Origin: an uncultured delta proteobacterium
GTDB lineage: Bacteria; Desulfobacterota; Syntrophia; Syntrophales; Smithellaceae
Length of the DNA stretch: 64,000 nt
NCBI GenBank assembly: GCA_963753975.1
Contig: CAVWEH010000002.1
Coordinates: 480,001-544,000 of the forward strand
Reading direction: 5' to 3'
Shown: in pieces, positions 21,903-33,192 of the stretch
Layout: the number at the start of each line of letters is the position of its first letter
Numbering within the stretch: position 1 is the first letter of the stretch
Notes under the pieces: model-generated
The model's input: only the letters and a program-made list of their open reading frames with translations
Database searches by the model: none
What the model was told of the DNA's origin: nothing
Position numbers and translations under genes: made by a program

Positions 21903-23615
21903 TTAGGTCATAACGGCGGAGGCCGCTTCTTCCAAAGTTGTGATCCCCTGCATTACTTTTTGGGCCGCATCTTCCCTTAGTGTTCTCAGCTGGCCGGCAT
22001 CCACTGCCGCACGGGTAATTTCCTGGCTTGGCCTTTTCTTGAGGATCATATCTTGAATCATTTCGTCATTGACCAACACTTCAAAAAGGCCGGTTCTCCC
22101 CTTGTACCCCGTGTTCTTGCATTGATAACATCCCTTGCCGCGCTGAAAATTAGCATTTTTTGCTTCTTCCTTCGATATTCCAAATACCGCCAGGGCACTT
22201 TCCGGCGGATTATAAGGTTCTTTGCAATACGGACAAACAGTACGCACTAATCTTTGGGCAAAAGAAACCAGTAAAACAGATGAAATCAAAAAGGGCTCAA
22301 TGCCCATATCAATAAATCGTGTTATGGCTCCGGCGGCATCGTTGGTATGCACTGTGCTCAAAACTCGATGGCCGGTCTGCGCGGCCTGCACGGATATTGC
22401 GGCGGTTTCCGCGTCTCTAATTTCACCCACCATGATAACATCCGGGTCCTGACGAAGAATTGAGCGCAAACCGCTGGCAAAGGTCATCCCCGCTTTCCTA
22501 TTCAGCTGCACCTGGCGGATGTTATTTATTCTATATTCTACAGGGTCTTCCAGAGTGATTATATTTACATCCGGTTTGTTTATCGAATTCAAAATTGCGT
22601 AAAGACTCGTACTTTTACCGCTTCCTGTCGGCCCGGTGCTTAAGATCAATCCATATGGTTTAACGCTCATTTTCTCGATTTTTGCCATATCTTCCGCAAC
22701 CATGCCTAAGCGGTCCAGTGTATAAATTCCCCCACTCATATCCAAGAGGCGCAACACAATGTTTTCTCCGTATATTGTGGGAATCGAGGAAACCCGGACA
22801 TTGATTTCCTTCTTGTCCATTTTGAGGGTAAATCGTCCGTCTTGAGGAATTCTGGATATAGTAATATCCATATTGGCTAAAATTTTCATTCGGGCAATGA
22901 TGGGCAAGAAAAGAGATTTGGGAGGCGAAGGCACTTCCAAAAGTTTCCCGTCAATGCGAAAGCGCAGCTGCACGGTGTTTTGCTGCGGACTGATATGGAT
23001 ATCGCTGGCTCCGTCGCGTATAGCTTGAGCAAAAATAGAATTAGCCAGACGAATAACAGGCGCTTCGCCAGCCATATCCTGTAGCGACGCGATTTGAATA
23101 TCTTCTTTGTCCTGCTCTTCTTCAGCCTGCGCATCCGGTTGAGAATCTATTTCCATGTTTTCCATAATCCCGCCCAAACCGGATTGCATGCCATACAAAC
23201 TATTGATGATCTGATTGACTTCTCTTTCCGAGCAAATTACCGGTTCCACTTCTGCGTTGGCCAACACTTCAATGGAATCCAGTGTATTTATATCCAACGG
23301 ATCGACAATGGCGCAGGTCAGTAATCGTCCCTTCTTTTTCAAAGGAGCTACTTGAGATTTTTGCGCGATTTCAATGGGAATATAATGCACTAAACTGACA
23401 TCAAGGGGAAAATTGTCCGGATGATATTTCTGAATATTGAGTTGCTGACTCAATAAATCTATTATTTGTTGCTCATTGACTATTCCCTGCCTTGTCAAAT
23501 ACTGTCCCAGCTTCAAACCGGCTTTCTTTTGATCAACTAACGCCTGCTTGAGCTTTTCTTCGGTCAAAAGCCCGTCTTCTATAAGCATTTCACCTAAGCG
23601 TTTCTTAATCTTCAT
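21903..23615 (-). CDS. pilB: Pilus assembly ATPase (PilB/MshE/GspE) with N-terminal MshEN domain
   Basis: GPTGSGKST, EDPVE, RQDPDVIMVGEIRD, CxxC...CxxC; N-terminal RLGEMLIEDGLL. Confidence 0.9.
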   Translation of the reverse strand: MKIKKRLGEMLIEDGLLTEEKLKQALVDQKKAGLKLGQYLTRQGIVNEQQIIDLLSQQLNIQKYHPDNFPLDVSLVHYIPIEIAQKSQVAPLKKKGRLLTCAIVDPLDINTLDSIEVLANAEVEPVICSEREVNQIINSLYGMQSGLGGIMENMEIDSQPDAQAEEEQDKEDIQIASLQDMAGEAPVIRLANSIFAQAIRDGASDIHISPQQNTVQLRFRIDGKLLEVPSPPKSLFLPIIARMKILANMDITISRIPQDGRFTLKMDKKEINVRVSSIPTIYGENIVLRLLDMSGGIYTLDRLGMVAEDMAKIEKMSVKPYGLILSTGPTGSGKSTSLYAILNSINKPDVNIITLEDPVEYRINNIRQVQLNRKAGMTFASGLRSILRQDPDVIMVGEIRDAETAAISVQAAQTGHRVLSTVHTNDAAGAITRFIDMGIEPFLISSVLLVSFAQRLVRTVCPYCKEPYNPPESALAVFGISKEEAKNANFQRGKGCYQCKNTGYKGRTGLFEVLVNDEMIQDMILKKRPSQEITRAAVDAGQLRTLREDAAQKVMQGITTLEEAASAVMT

Positions 23616-23639
23616 TGAACCTCCCGAACGACCTTCTCC

Positions 23640-25221
23640 TCAACGCTGCAGAGCTCTACGGTTGAAAAAAACCGTATTTGCATCCCACTGAGATATAATT
23701 TTTGTTTTAGCGGCAAGTGCCAGCGGCAATTTTTTTATTGTCTCTTGAGCCTCATGGTTATTAGCGAATATTTTGTCAATAACAACCGCAAAGGTAATTC
23801 CATTTTCCAATTTATTCCAAAAGGGAAATAAAGCTAAAGGGGGCATATTTTGCCGATAGTGATTTTCCCCAAAAAAGCTGTACATTATTTCTATATCGGT
23901 CCCCTCTTTTAAGAGCACAATAAAATTACCGCTTTTAAGCGGTTTTACCCGAGCGGGAATCCAGGGCAGCGTTATTATGACTCCTTCCTCAATTATGTCC
24001 TTATTCTTAATATGGGGATTAGCTTTAACTACTGACTCGATAATTTTAGGACTGGCCTCGCCATATATGTTTTGCAGCGTCCACCAGAGGGTCATCCCTT
24101 TTTTTATTGTTAACATTCCAATGGTATCGGTCATTTTATTCTGCTGTTTCTTTTCTTCCTCCATAACCGGTGAATCAGGAAGGGAAGCTGTTTTTATGGA
24201 AGCGGGGACGATATTCGCCGGCGGCGTCAGTTGTTTAGTTTCCGCAACAATTTGGGGTGATGGTGATGACGATTGATTATAGGCATTGGCTTGGGGACGC
24301 TCCAGTAATAAATGTCTTTAAGGAATAACCTAGAGCAACAACAATCATAATACTTACCAGCGCCCATTTTACTCCTCTCCATAATGGCGTCGCCATTCCG
24401 CTTAGGCATCTTCTGGCCAAAAACCAGCCGGCTTTTCTTCTGTTGAGAATGATCATCTTTAAAATTATTTGATGGCAAAGAGCAACAACTTTGCGCGGAT
24501 AACCACTCGTAGCCAGATAAATTGCCCCAAACGCCCCCAAGCTAAATATAGGCGGCGCAATTTCAAAGTCTCTCGCCACACTAATGCGGAATTTGATCAT
24601 TGCCCGCGTTTGTTTAAAATTTAGCGGGTGGAGATAATAAAGAAGATTCACCCGGTCCAGAAGATTGGCGCGTTTTTTTAGTATTGATTTGAATTCTTTT
24701 TGAGCAAAGATTATTATTTGCAGCAGCTTGAAGCTATTGGTTTCATAATTAAGAAATTCCCGTAATATCTCCAGGCAATTCTCGGGTATTTTTTGGCCTT
24801 CGTCAATGACCAAAACAACTATTTTTTTTTCATCCACGCCTTTGCCGAAAAGATAATCCTTAATTTGCTCTTTTAATTGCCATTCGCTTTCGCCATTATC
24901 GGAATCTTTAATTCCCAGCATCAGGGCAACAGTTCGCAGGAATTCAACAGCGCTGTTAAACGACGGATCAAGCAAAAGATGTGTTTCGATTTCCGCCGCA
25001 TCTGCCGGTGTGGAAGAAAAGTTCTGGATTAGTTTACGGCATAAAGTGGTTTTTCCGGTGCCGATGTCTCCGATGACTACATTAAGCCCGCGGCGCAGCC
25101 GAACAGCTAATTCCAGTTTTTGCAGACAGCCGGTGTGCTGCGGCGATTGAAAAAGAAATTCCGGCTCCGGTGAGTTGGAAAAGGGTTCTTTTTTAAAATC
25201 GAGAATATTGTAATATTCCAT
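23640..25221 (-). CDS. ExeA/MshM-like AAA ATPase with C-terminal LysM-like region (frameshift ~24280)
   Basis: EPFSNSPEP, GDIGTGKTT, VIDEGQ in 24277..25221; IKKGMTLW...KANPHIKNKDII in 23640..24164. Confidence 0.75.
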
Positions 25222-25254
25222 CTTAAGGCGCCATCTCTCGCAGTTTGATCTCCG

Positions 25255-26887
25255 TTATTGCTTCGGCTCCAAATCTTTTTTGTCTTCGGATTTATTTCCG
25301 TCATTTTCCTGTTGGGGGACAGTTCCGTTTTTTTGTGTAACATCCGATTCAACCGGCTCGGCACTTTTGTCAATTTTACCTAATTGCAATATATGAGGAG
25401 TGATAAAAATCAGAACTTCTTCCATTTTATTATCTTTGCTATCCGCTTTAAAAAGCCAGCCCAATACTGGAATATCTTTTAACCCTGGCCATCCGGTATC
25501 CGAATCCGTTATGGTTTTTCTGGTTAAACCGGAAATAACAATTGTTTCGCCATCTTTAACAATTAAGACTGTTTGTGTTTGCTTTTTGATAATATAAGGA
25601 TCTCCCAAGCTGTCTTTCCTGGTCAGATCCACGTCATCTTTTTGCACAAAAATTGTCATTTTTAAATTTTTACCGTCAATTACATGCGGTGTGATTTCCA
25701 AACGCATAACGACATCTACAAAGACAGTAGTATAAGTAATAGTACCGCCGCTTGTTTGTTGCGTTACATACGGAACTCTTTCGCCATTTTCGGTGAACGC
25801 TTTTTGATTGTCTAATGTCGTTAGGGATGGGCTGGAAAGAATATTCAACTTACTATCTTTCTGCAGGGCCTGTAATTGTACTTCCAAGAACATTTCCGCC
25901 AATTGTTCCAAAAAGCAACCCAAAGAACCGGAAGCAGTCGATGATCAAATTGGCCGCCGGAAAATTCACCCCTAATCCGCTGCCTCCGGATACCCGACGG
26001 TGAGTACCGGTACCTCCCGTGGCAGTATAATCGCCAGTCTTATATTTCCCCCCCCACATAATTCCTAAATCCCGGGCAACTTCCTGTGTTGTTTCCACTA
26101 TATTGGCTTTGATTAAAATCTGCGGAGTCGGTTTATCTATTTTTTCAATAATCTTCAGCATCTTCTCCAGATCATTACTCATGGCGGAAATAACCAGAGA
26201 GTTGCTGTGTTCGTCAACTTTAACCGAACCGCGCGGTTTTCCATCCTTATCTTTCGTCAGCAAATCCTGCAGCATCTCCATTAATTTCTTGGGATCGGCG
26301 TAATCGATGTTTACCACTACCGGTTGCAAAAGCGGCTCCACCCATTGAATATCCCGCAATTGCACCTTTTGTTTTAAATCCTGTTCGATATCGTCAACGG
26401 TTTTTACCAGAATTATATTGCCCTCCCAGACATAAGACAAACCATAAGTGCGCAATAATCCGGTAAAAGCATGGTCCCAGGGAACGCCCTGGAAATCAAC
26501 ACTGATTTCACCTTTCAGGTCATTTTTTACCATCAGGTTCAAATCAACCGATTTGGCCATTGCCCTGAGCACAGCTTTTAATTCCGCCTGACGCATAGTG
26601 AGATTAATCGGTTTGGTGGGCAGTCTTTTCATCGCCGCTTCTGCCAACGCCGCGGAAGACGATTTTTTTGCCGTTAAATCCGCTACATTAATATTTTTAG
26701 GTTCGGCAGAAGGAGAGTGGCCCTGGGAATTCTCAGCTTCAGTACTCCATTTCTCAAAAAAAGGATCTTTTTTCGTGCTATTCAGCCCATCGGCACAGCC
26801 GCAGAATAACATCAGTGCGAAAAAAATTAATCCCCACGTGACAATATTTTTATTAATTATAGAGTATTTCAAATTGAAAACCTCCAA
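25255..26887 (-). CDS. pilQ: Type IV pilus secretin (lipoprotein-type, frameshifted ~25880)
   Basis: Lipobox FCGC; DKPTPQILIKANIVE; NILSSPSLTTLDNQKA, LEITPHV, LKDIPVLGWLFK, LIFITPHI. Confidence 0.85.
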
Positions 26888-26896
26888 TGCTAAATT

Positions 26897-27394
26897 TTAT
26901 TCTTGTATGGGAATCTCCACTTCGTTTCCCGTATTTTTATTGACAATCAGAACCTTCGAAGGTGTAATTCCCCTTAAAATGTAGCCTTCCATTTCCAATT
27001 GTTCACCTACCCTGTATTCAAGCCCGTTAATAACAGCCAGCTTCTTTTTGCCGGAATCAACGTATCCGGAATAAATTATTTTAGATGCAGAACCGCCGGC
27101 CGCACCTTCCCTTGCCGCCCATTCTTTATAGGAATGCCTTTCCCAAAAAGGATTTTTTTGCCAATCCGCCTCGGCTCTCCCGATTATGTAAGGATCAACA
27201 CCGGCGGTAATATCCTTGATTAGGTCATTTTGTAAACCACTTACAAAAGTGTTAATTTCTGCAGTATCGCTGCCGGTTTTAACTTTTTTATCGGCCGGAC
27301 CGGCAATTAAATATTCATAAGCCGCGTATAAAACAAACAACGCCGCGATTACCAATATGATGATCTGTCTTTTATTTAACTTAGCCATAGACAC
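26897..27394 (-). CDS. PilP/GspB-like pilus assembly protein
   Basis: N-terminal TM, KNPF, YSGYV...AVINGLEYRVGE; position between pilO-like gene and pilQ. Confidence 0.6.
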   Translation of the reverse strand: MSMAKLNKRQIIILVIAALFVLYAAYEYLIAGPADKKVKTGSDTAEINTFVSGLQNDLIKDITAGVDPYIIGRAEADWQKNPFWERHSYKEWAAREGAAGGSASKIIYSGYVDSGKKKLAVINGLEYRVGEQLEMEGYILRGITPSKVLIVNKNTGNEVEIPIQE

Positions 27395-27403
27395 CTTTTT
27401 CTA

Positions 27404-27943
27404 TTAACTGCCGATTGCTATCCAAATTTTTATTCTAAATTCCATGGAATCGGGATTTTGCTGGATGCTAATTTCCTCAATCCTATTCAGATAGGGCAGA
27501 GCTCCCAATTCGATCAGCAGTTTCCGAAAATTGGCAAATTCTCCCTTCAATACAGCGTTGTCCAAAAGAAAGCGAGATGAGCTAGTTAATGTGCTCAGAT
27601 CCGGCGTAGACGATACTATTCTTAATCCGGATTTTTGCGCTATCGTTTTTAAAGCATTCTGAAACTTGCCCAATTCTGTACGAGGTATTGTTGTTTTGGG
27701 GGGATTAGGCAAGACTCGGGGATTTTTATTCTCCGTCGTTTTGAGCAAAGTTAAATAAATCGGCCCCAGTTCCTTTTGCGCTTCAATCTGATATTCCATT
27801 TTTTTTATTTCATTAGTGCTGTAGGTATTGTATTCATATAATGGGAATATTCCGATGAGAATAAAAAGCGCTATAATCCCGCCGTAAATAATTAGGGACC
27901 AAAGACTTTTTTCCGGTATATCAAGTTTAAGTTTATTCATCAT
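27404..27943 (-). CDS. PilO-like pilus alignment protein
   Basis: TM, coiled coil, GEFANFRKLLIELGALPYL; operon position. Confidence 0.65.
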   Translation of the reverse strand: MMNKLKLDIPEKSLWSLIIYGGIIALFILIGIFPLYEYNTYSTNEIKKMEYQIEAQKELGPIYLTLLKTTENKNPRVLPNPPKTTIPRTELGKFQNALKTIAQKSGLRIVSSTPDLSTLTSSSRFLLDNAVLKGEFANFRKLLIELGALPYLNRIEEISIQQNPDSMEFRIKIWIAIGS

Positions 27944-27945
27944 GG

Positions 27946-29793
27946 CTAGCCCAATTTAGCACTCAGAGTAAAATGAAGGACTTCACTTTTCTTGAAAGTA
28001 ATAATGCCGCTTTTCTGCACCGCTATTTGACGCAGCATCGGGGAGTTCTCCAGCTTCATCACATACTGCGCCAATGATGCATCCAGCACATCGCGCTCCC
28101 CAAAAATAACTCCCTCGACAATAATATCATCACTTATTTCTTTTGTTGTTTTATCAGGATTGATCTTGGCCAAACCAATTCCTCCCGTATTTATTTTAAT
28201 ATTGATCAGGCGTATATTTGCGGGTGTAAGAGCCGCAAATTCCCCAATTGTCGCTACACCCAAATACCTCTGTACATATTGGCGGGAAATCTGCCTTTGC
28301 GTCTTTACTTCTTCGGCCATTTTAGAGATTTTATCTGTCGACAAAAGCGGATTAAACAATGCCAATTCCTTTTCTAATTTTACCCGTTTTTTGCCAAGAA
28401 TATTAATTTCCGCAGCTTGGTAGCCCAACGCGATAATGCAAATAATCAAAGCCGCCGCAAAAGAAACAACAATTCTTCGGTTAATCTTTTTTATACGTAT
28501 TTCTTTATTTTTCTCGCGGTAAGTGAAAATAGCATTAGGTGTGCATGTATTGTCGGAAAAAGAAAGTCCCAGAACAGGAACCATGGAAACTTTCTCGGAA
28601 AGGGATAGTGATTCAGAGATGGAAGTAGGTTTTTGTTGTTTAATAAAAGGATCGAAAAATTCGGTTTTTATTCCTAGCTGGTCGCTGATATAAATTAAAA
28701 GGGGATTGTAAACATTCATTACCGACGAAATGTAGAGCTTTTCGACTTTTTCGTAGCCAATCGAGGATGTGTAATATTCCAATGTCCGTTCTATCTGGCG
28801 GGCCAATCTTTCCCATACCGGAAAAATCATTTCCAATATTTCTTCTTCTCTTAGAGCGTAACCGGCATCAGTACTCACCAATTTTTCCGCATCGGGGCTC
28901 AAACTAAAAAGAATCTTTTTTGTTTCATCTTTTTCCAATTTCGAATTGGGCGTTTTTTCCGAAACCGAATCGGCTATAGCTTCCATCATACTGCTGGTAC
29001 CGGTTTTAATTCCGCGGGTCATCACCAGATTATCTCTACTATAGATGTCAATGCGGGAAAAATCATTGCCGATAAATAAACTGGCGAAAGTTCCCTCGCT
29101 TGCCGGCATCCATTTTGATCGAAAAATATTTTGAATAGCGAACGGCGAAATCGTAATTCCTGTAAGAGGTACTCCTATATTCGAAAATAAATTCTTAACT
29201 TTTTCGACCTCCGCTTTTGGCACCGTGTAAACCATGACTAAATATTTGGAGATGCCCTGGTCAACAATTTCACCTTGCAGTTCAAAATCGAAAATAGAAT
29301 CTTTTTCATCTAGGGAAATTTCTTTTTTGGCCGTCCAGTAGATAACATTCTCCAACTGTTTTCTTGGAACATGCGGAATTTTTATATATTGGACGTTCAC
29401 CTCGCCCGCCGGCATCATTGACCATATATTACAGTCAGCGATCGATCCGCAAAAAGAACTCAGAGATGACTTTAGAAGTAAGTTGAATTCCGGTGAACCT
29501 TTAGCGGTCAAATGACCATATTGGATCATCTTTCTATCAGTTAAAACAGGCCTGCCGTCGGAAGATTTGACAGTCTTCGCCAAACTAATAAATTCCTGGC
29601 CGATATCAACTCCGACAGTATAACGCTTTTTATCGGACAGTCCTTTATGCATTGAAATATTTGTTGTTTTTACCGTTTTTTTCGGAGATAAAGTCAGTTT
29701 CGGCTTACCTACTTGACCGGGATGCCCTTCATTCTTGCCACGGATGACATTGAGAAGTTTTTCTGTTGAGTTTATATCGTCTGTGCTGGCCAA
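27946..29793 (-). CDS. pilM: PilM-PilN fusion-like pilus assembly protein
   Basis: VGVDIG actin-like N-terminus, RQIERTLEYY, then TM plus PilN-like C-terminus (LTPANIRL, LENSPML). Confidence 0.75.
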   Translation of the reverse strand: MASTDDINSTEKLLNVIRGKNEGHPGQVGKPKLTLSPKKTVKTTNISMHKGLSDKKRYTVGVDIGQEFISLAKTVKSSDGRPVLTDRKMIQYGHLTAKGSPEFNLLLKSSLSSFCGSIADCNIWSMMPAGEVNVQYIKIPHVPRKQLENVIYWTAKKEISLDEKDSIFDFELQGEIVDQGISKYLVMVYTVPKAEVEKVKNLFSNIGVPLTGITISPFAIQNIFRSKWMPASEGTFASLFIGNDFSRIDIYSRDNLVMTRGIKTGTSSMMEAIADSVSEKTPNSKLEKDETKKILFSLSPDAEKLVSTDAGYALREEEILEMIFPVWERLARQIERTLEYYTSSIGYEKVEKLYISSVMNVYNPLLIYISDQLGIKTEFFDPFIKQQKPTSISESLSLSEKVSMVPVLGLSFSDNTCTPNAIFTYREKNKEIRIKKINRRIVVSFAAALIICIIALGYQAAEINILGKKRVKLEKELALFNPLLSTDKISKMAEEVKTQRQISRQYVQRYLGVATIGEFAALTPANIRLINIKINTGGIGLAKINPDKTTKEISDDIIVEGVIFGERDVLDASLAQYVMKLENSPMLRQIAVQKSGIITFKKSEVLHFTLSAKLG

Positions 29794-30084
29794 AAAATTC
29801 TCCTTATACAGAAATATTTTAAAGTGCCACTTTTTATATATTCCACAACTTTTGCTAATTTTATCAATATATTTGCGTTAATGCAACATATTTTGTAGGT
29901 GTTCTTCATTTTTTTTAGATTTTATTTTTAGTTGATTTTACTGACTGATTTTTCGAAGAAGACCGGAGAAATTGACTAACTTGATCCTTGCAAAACTCGG
30001 GGCGAGTTTAAATCTTTGTTATTATTATTTAAATTAAGAAAAGGAGCTAGCCTGATTAAAACAAGTTAACACCTCTATTAAATT

Positions 30085-30160
30085 TGGAGGCGGCATCCGG
30101 ATTTGAACCGGAGAATAACGGTTTTGCAGACCGCTGCCTTAGCCACTTGGCTATGCCGCC
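30085..30160 (-). tRNA. tRNA-Cys (GCA)
   Basis: Minus strand GGCGGCATAGCCAAGTGGCTAAGGCAGCGGTCTGCAAAACCG...GGTTCAAATCCGGATGCCGCCTCCA. Confidence 0.95.
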
Positions 30161-30168
30161 GTAAAAAA

Positions 30169-30243
30169 TGGAGCGGGCGAACGGATTTGAACCGTCGACG
30201 TCTACCTTGGCAAGGTAGCACTCTACCGCTGAGTTACGCCCGC
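30169..30243 (-). tRNA. tRNA-Gly (GCC)
   Basis: Minus strand GCGGGCGTAACTCAGCGGTAGAGTGCTACCTTGCCAAGGTAG...GGTTCAAATCCGTTCGCCCGCTCCA. Confidence 0.95.
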
Positions 30244-30262
30244 TCATTGAAAAGGATGAGCA

Positions 30263-30290
30263 AATATAATAAAAAGAACACTCTTGTCAA
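30263..30290 (-). promoter_or_regulatory. Sigma-70-type promoter for tRNA-Gly/Cys
   Basis: TTGACA-16 nt-TATATT on the minus strand just upstream of tRNA-Gly. Confidence 0.6.
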
Positions 30291-30327
30291 TAAAAAAATA
30301 TAAATTGCCTTAAAAGCTAAGGTAATC

Positions 30328-31126
30328 CTAATTTTTAATGGTGTCCATCAATTCATTCAACGCCTGAATATATTCATTCCGGCCTGTAAAAAAAATATCG
30401 TTATGACCTGCGTCAGGTATTTTTAAAAATTTTTTATTTGTGGAATTAGCGGCAGCAAATAATATTTCGGCCTGATTAATAGGGATTAAGAAGTCGTCTT
30501 CGGCATGAATGATAAGTACGGGCTTGGAAAAGCATTTGATTTTCTCATCATTGCCGAAGCCGTCTCTTTCTTGAATATCGAAATAATCAGTATCTACGCC
30601 CATCGTTACCAATAGCGGCAAAGTATGGGCGAATCCGCTTTCAATAATCAAACCGTCAACTTTATTTTCATAGAAGGCGGCTATTTCCAGTGCGGGGGCA
30701 CAGCCTAAGGAGCGTCCCATTACGACCATAATTTCTTTTTCCTGCCGGATGCGCTTGCGGACAAATTCAAAAATGTCATGCGCATCGTCGATCATTGAAG
30801 TTATCGTAGGATATCCGGATGATTTTCCATATCCTCGATAATCTACAGAAATCAAGTTAATACCTGTTCGCAGAAATATCGAGGCAATATCGACATACTC
30901 TAAAGCTAGCTCGCCGTTTCCATGAAAAAATAAAATTGTACCCCGGGAGGTTTTTGCCTTCTGACCGGATACCGCTGATAATTCCGCCATCAGTACGAGA
31001 GATAACTATTTCCTTTATAAATTTATTTTCAATTACATAATCCATGTTCCGACGCGGATAAAATAATACAGAATTTATTTCTGGACGGTCAATTCTGGAA
31101 TAGTCACGGTTTCCCCAGTGATTCAT
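30328..31126 (-). CDS. Alpha/beta hydrolase (frameshift ~30960)
   Basis: DRPEINSVLFYPR N-terminus; ILFFHGNGE, DYRGYG, GRSLG, AGHND. Confidence 0.85.
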
Positions 31127-31130
31127 AAAA

Positions 31131-31691
31131 TTATTCTTCTGCACGACAGTGATAGAATTTTATGAAATAATCCAGGCCGGAATAAACCGTCAGCAAAAGG
31201 GCCGCATAGATAATAACCATACCCACAATATGGGTATCAACACCAAAAATTGAATAATGGGCCATCAATGCCGTCACCGCCACAATTTGCGCAAAAGTTT
31301 TTTGCTTTCCTAAACGGCTGGCTGGAATAAGAAATCCTTCGGAAGAGGCAATGCTCCGTATCCAGTCCACGAGTAAATCCCGCACGATTGTTATAGCTAC
31401 GATCCATGCCGGTATACGGCCAATGGGAATCATCAATATCATAGCTGTGTTAATTATTAGTTTATCAGCTATCGGGTCAAGAAACTTACCCAGTGTTGTA
31501 ACCATCTGATACTTTCTGGCAACATATCCATCGACAAAATCGGTGAATGAAGCAAGAAGAAATATTGCAGCCAAAATTGAGCTCCAGAATTCTCCGGGGG
31601 ATGAAAGCAAAATAAAAAGAAACGGAACAACACTGATTCTCATCAATGTTATTGTGTTGGGCAGATTGAAGATTTCACGCTTTTTTACCAT
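31131..31691 (-). CDS. pgsA: CDP-diacylglycerol--glycerol-3-phosphate 3-phosphatidyltransferase
   Basis: NLPNTITLMRI, TDFVDGYVARK...GKFLDPIADK. Confidence 0.95.
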   Translation of the reverse strand: MVKKREIFNLPNTITLMRISVVPFLFILLSSPGEFWSSILAAIFLLASFTDFVDGYVARKYQMVTTLGKFLDPIADKLIINTAMILMIPIGRIPAWIVAITIVRDLLVDWIRSIASSEGFLIPASRLGKQKTFAQIVAVTALMAHYSIFGVDTHIVGMVIIYAALLLTVYSGLDYFIKFYHCRAEE

Positions 31692-31719
31692 TGTCTATAT
31701 CCTGAAATAATAATCATCT

Positions 31720-32367
31720 TCACTTATTTGGAACTTTTTTCCAGTCTTCCAAAAATAATTTTATCCCTTTATCCGTTAAAGGATGTTGAACTAATTGAGC
31801 GATTACTTTAAAGGGAATGGTAGCAATATCCGCACCCATTAGAGCGGCATCCAAAACATGCCGTGGATGACGGATGCTCGCCACTATGACTTCTGTTTCA
31901 TAACCATAGTTATCATAGATAGTTAGAATTTGTTCCACCAATTCCATGCCGTCGTGCGCGATATCGTCCAGCCGTCCGACAAACGGACTCGCATAACGCG
32001 CACCCGCTTTCGCGGCTATCAGCGCTTGCAGGGGAGAAAATATTAAAGTTTGATTGACGTCGATGCCCGCCTGAGCAAACATTTTAGTCGCTTTTAACCC
32101 TTCAGTACAAAGAGGCACTTTTATGACAACATTATCTCCCAGTTGTGCCAGTTTTTTGCCTTCGGCAAACATGGCTTTTGCCTCCTGACTCATCACTTCC
32201 AGACTTACCGGACCTTCCACATTTTTCAGTATATCTTTAACAACGGCGTCAAAACTTTTTTTCTCTTTAGCAATCAATGATGGATTTGTAGTAACGCCGT
32301 CAACCATTCCCAGGTTAAGACCTTCTTTAATTTCTTCGATATTGGCAGTATCAATAAAAAATTTCAT
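31720..32367 (-). CDS. fsa: Fructose-6-phosphate aldolase / transaldolase
   Basis: [32 protein letters not shown]. Confidence 0.95.
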   Translation of the reverse strand: MKFFIDTANIEEIKEGLNLGMVDGVTTNPSLIAKEKKSFDAVVKDILKNVEGPVSLEVMSQEAKAMFAEGKKLAQLGDNVVIKVPLCTEGLKATKMFAQAGIDVNQTLIFSPLQALIAAKAGARYASPFVGRLDDIAHDGMELVEQILTIYDNYGYETEVIVASIRHPRHVLDAALMGADIATIPFKVIAQLVQHPLTDKGIKLFLEDWKKVPNK

Positions 32368-32384
32368 AACTCCCCCTAATATAT

Positions 32385-32651
32385 TTACCCGTTTTTTTCC
32401 GATTCGTATTTATCACAACATTGCTTACTGCAAAAGTATCGGGTGATACCGGCTATTTGTTTTCTGTAGGCCTGGCTTAAAGGTATGTATGTGTGACAGG
32501 CAGGATCCTCTACTAAGTCTTCTCCGGATGACACGGATGTAGAAAAACGAAAATTTTTATTTTTTTCCAGTTTCATCTGCTGTATGGCTGTAAACAGTTT
32601 ATACAACAAATAAATTAAGATTATGAATACTAAAAAACGCAAAAAATACAT
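32385..32651 (-). CDS. YHS/TRASH-domain small membrane protein
   Basis: N-terminal [12 protein letters not shown]...YFCSKQC. Confidence 0.75.
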   Translation of the reverse strand: MYFLRFLVFIILIYLLYKLFTAIQQMKLEKNKNFRFSTSVSSGEDLVEDPACHTYIPLSQAYRKQIAGITRYFCSKQCCDKYESEKNG

Positions 32652-32678
32652 AAACCCCTGTCGGATGTTTTTCTATTT

Positions 32679-33167
32679 TTATATCATTTCGACAATTTTA
32701 GTATCAGTCAAGCGATCTCTTAATCCTCGGATAGAAATGCCAAATACGGGATGAATGAAATAAGAGGCGATTTCATATAACGGTTCCAGAACAAACCGCC
32801 GTTTGTGGATTTCCGGATGTGGCACAACTAAATCGGCCTCTTGGATCACATCCTGTCCATAAAACAGAAGGTCAAGATCAATAATTCGCGGGCCTCCCTT
32901 AATTTCCTTTTTGCGGCCCATGTCCCTTTCGATTCTTCTCAATGCCGTTAGTAGATCACGGGCAGATAGTGTTGTTATTATCTCTACTACGGCATTTATG
33001 AAATAATTTTGTTTCTCAATTCCTACGGGTTCAGTTTTATAGAAAGATGATGCCCGTATTTGGTTGACCCCATCTATTCTGGAGAGGATCACGATGGCAT
33101 ACTTGCAGTTTTGCAGAGTATTGCCCAAATTAGAACCAATTCCAATATAACAAACAATGCTCTTCAA
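32679..33167 (-). CDS. folK: 2-amino-4-hydroxy-6-hydroxymethyldihydropteridine diphosphokinase
   Basis: YIGIGSNLG, GPRIIDLDLL, VPHP..HKRRFVLEPL. Confidence 0.95.
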   Translation of the reverse strand: MKSIVCYIGIGSNLGNTLQNCKYAIVILSRIDGVNQIRASSFYKTEPVGIEKQNYFINAVVEIITTLSARDLLTALRRIERDMGRKKEIKGGPRIIDLDLLFYGQDVIQEADLVVPHPEIHKRRFVLEPLYEIASYFIHPVFGISIRGLRDRLTDTKIVEMI

Positions 33168-33192
33168 ATCTCTTAAAAGCCTTAATTTACTC

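Noticed and set aside
29811..29830. TGGCAC upstream of pilM as a sigma-54 site
   Set aside because: No GC at the -12 position
30056..30303. Short ORFs of 63 and 66 aa
   Set aside because: They overlap tRNA-Cys and tRNA-Gly
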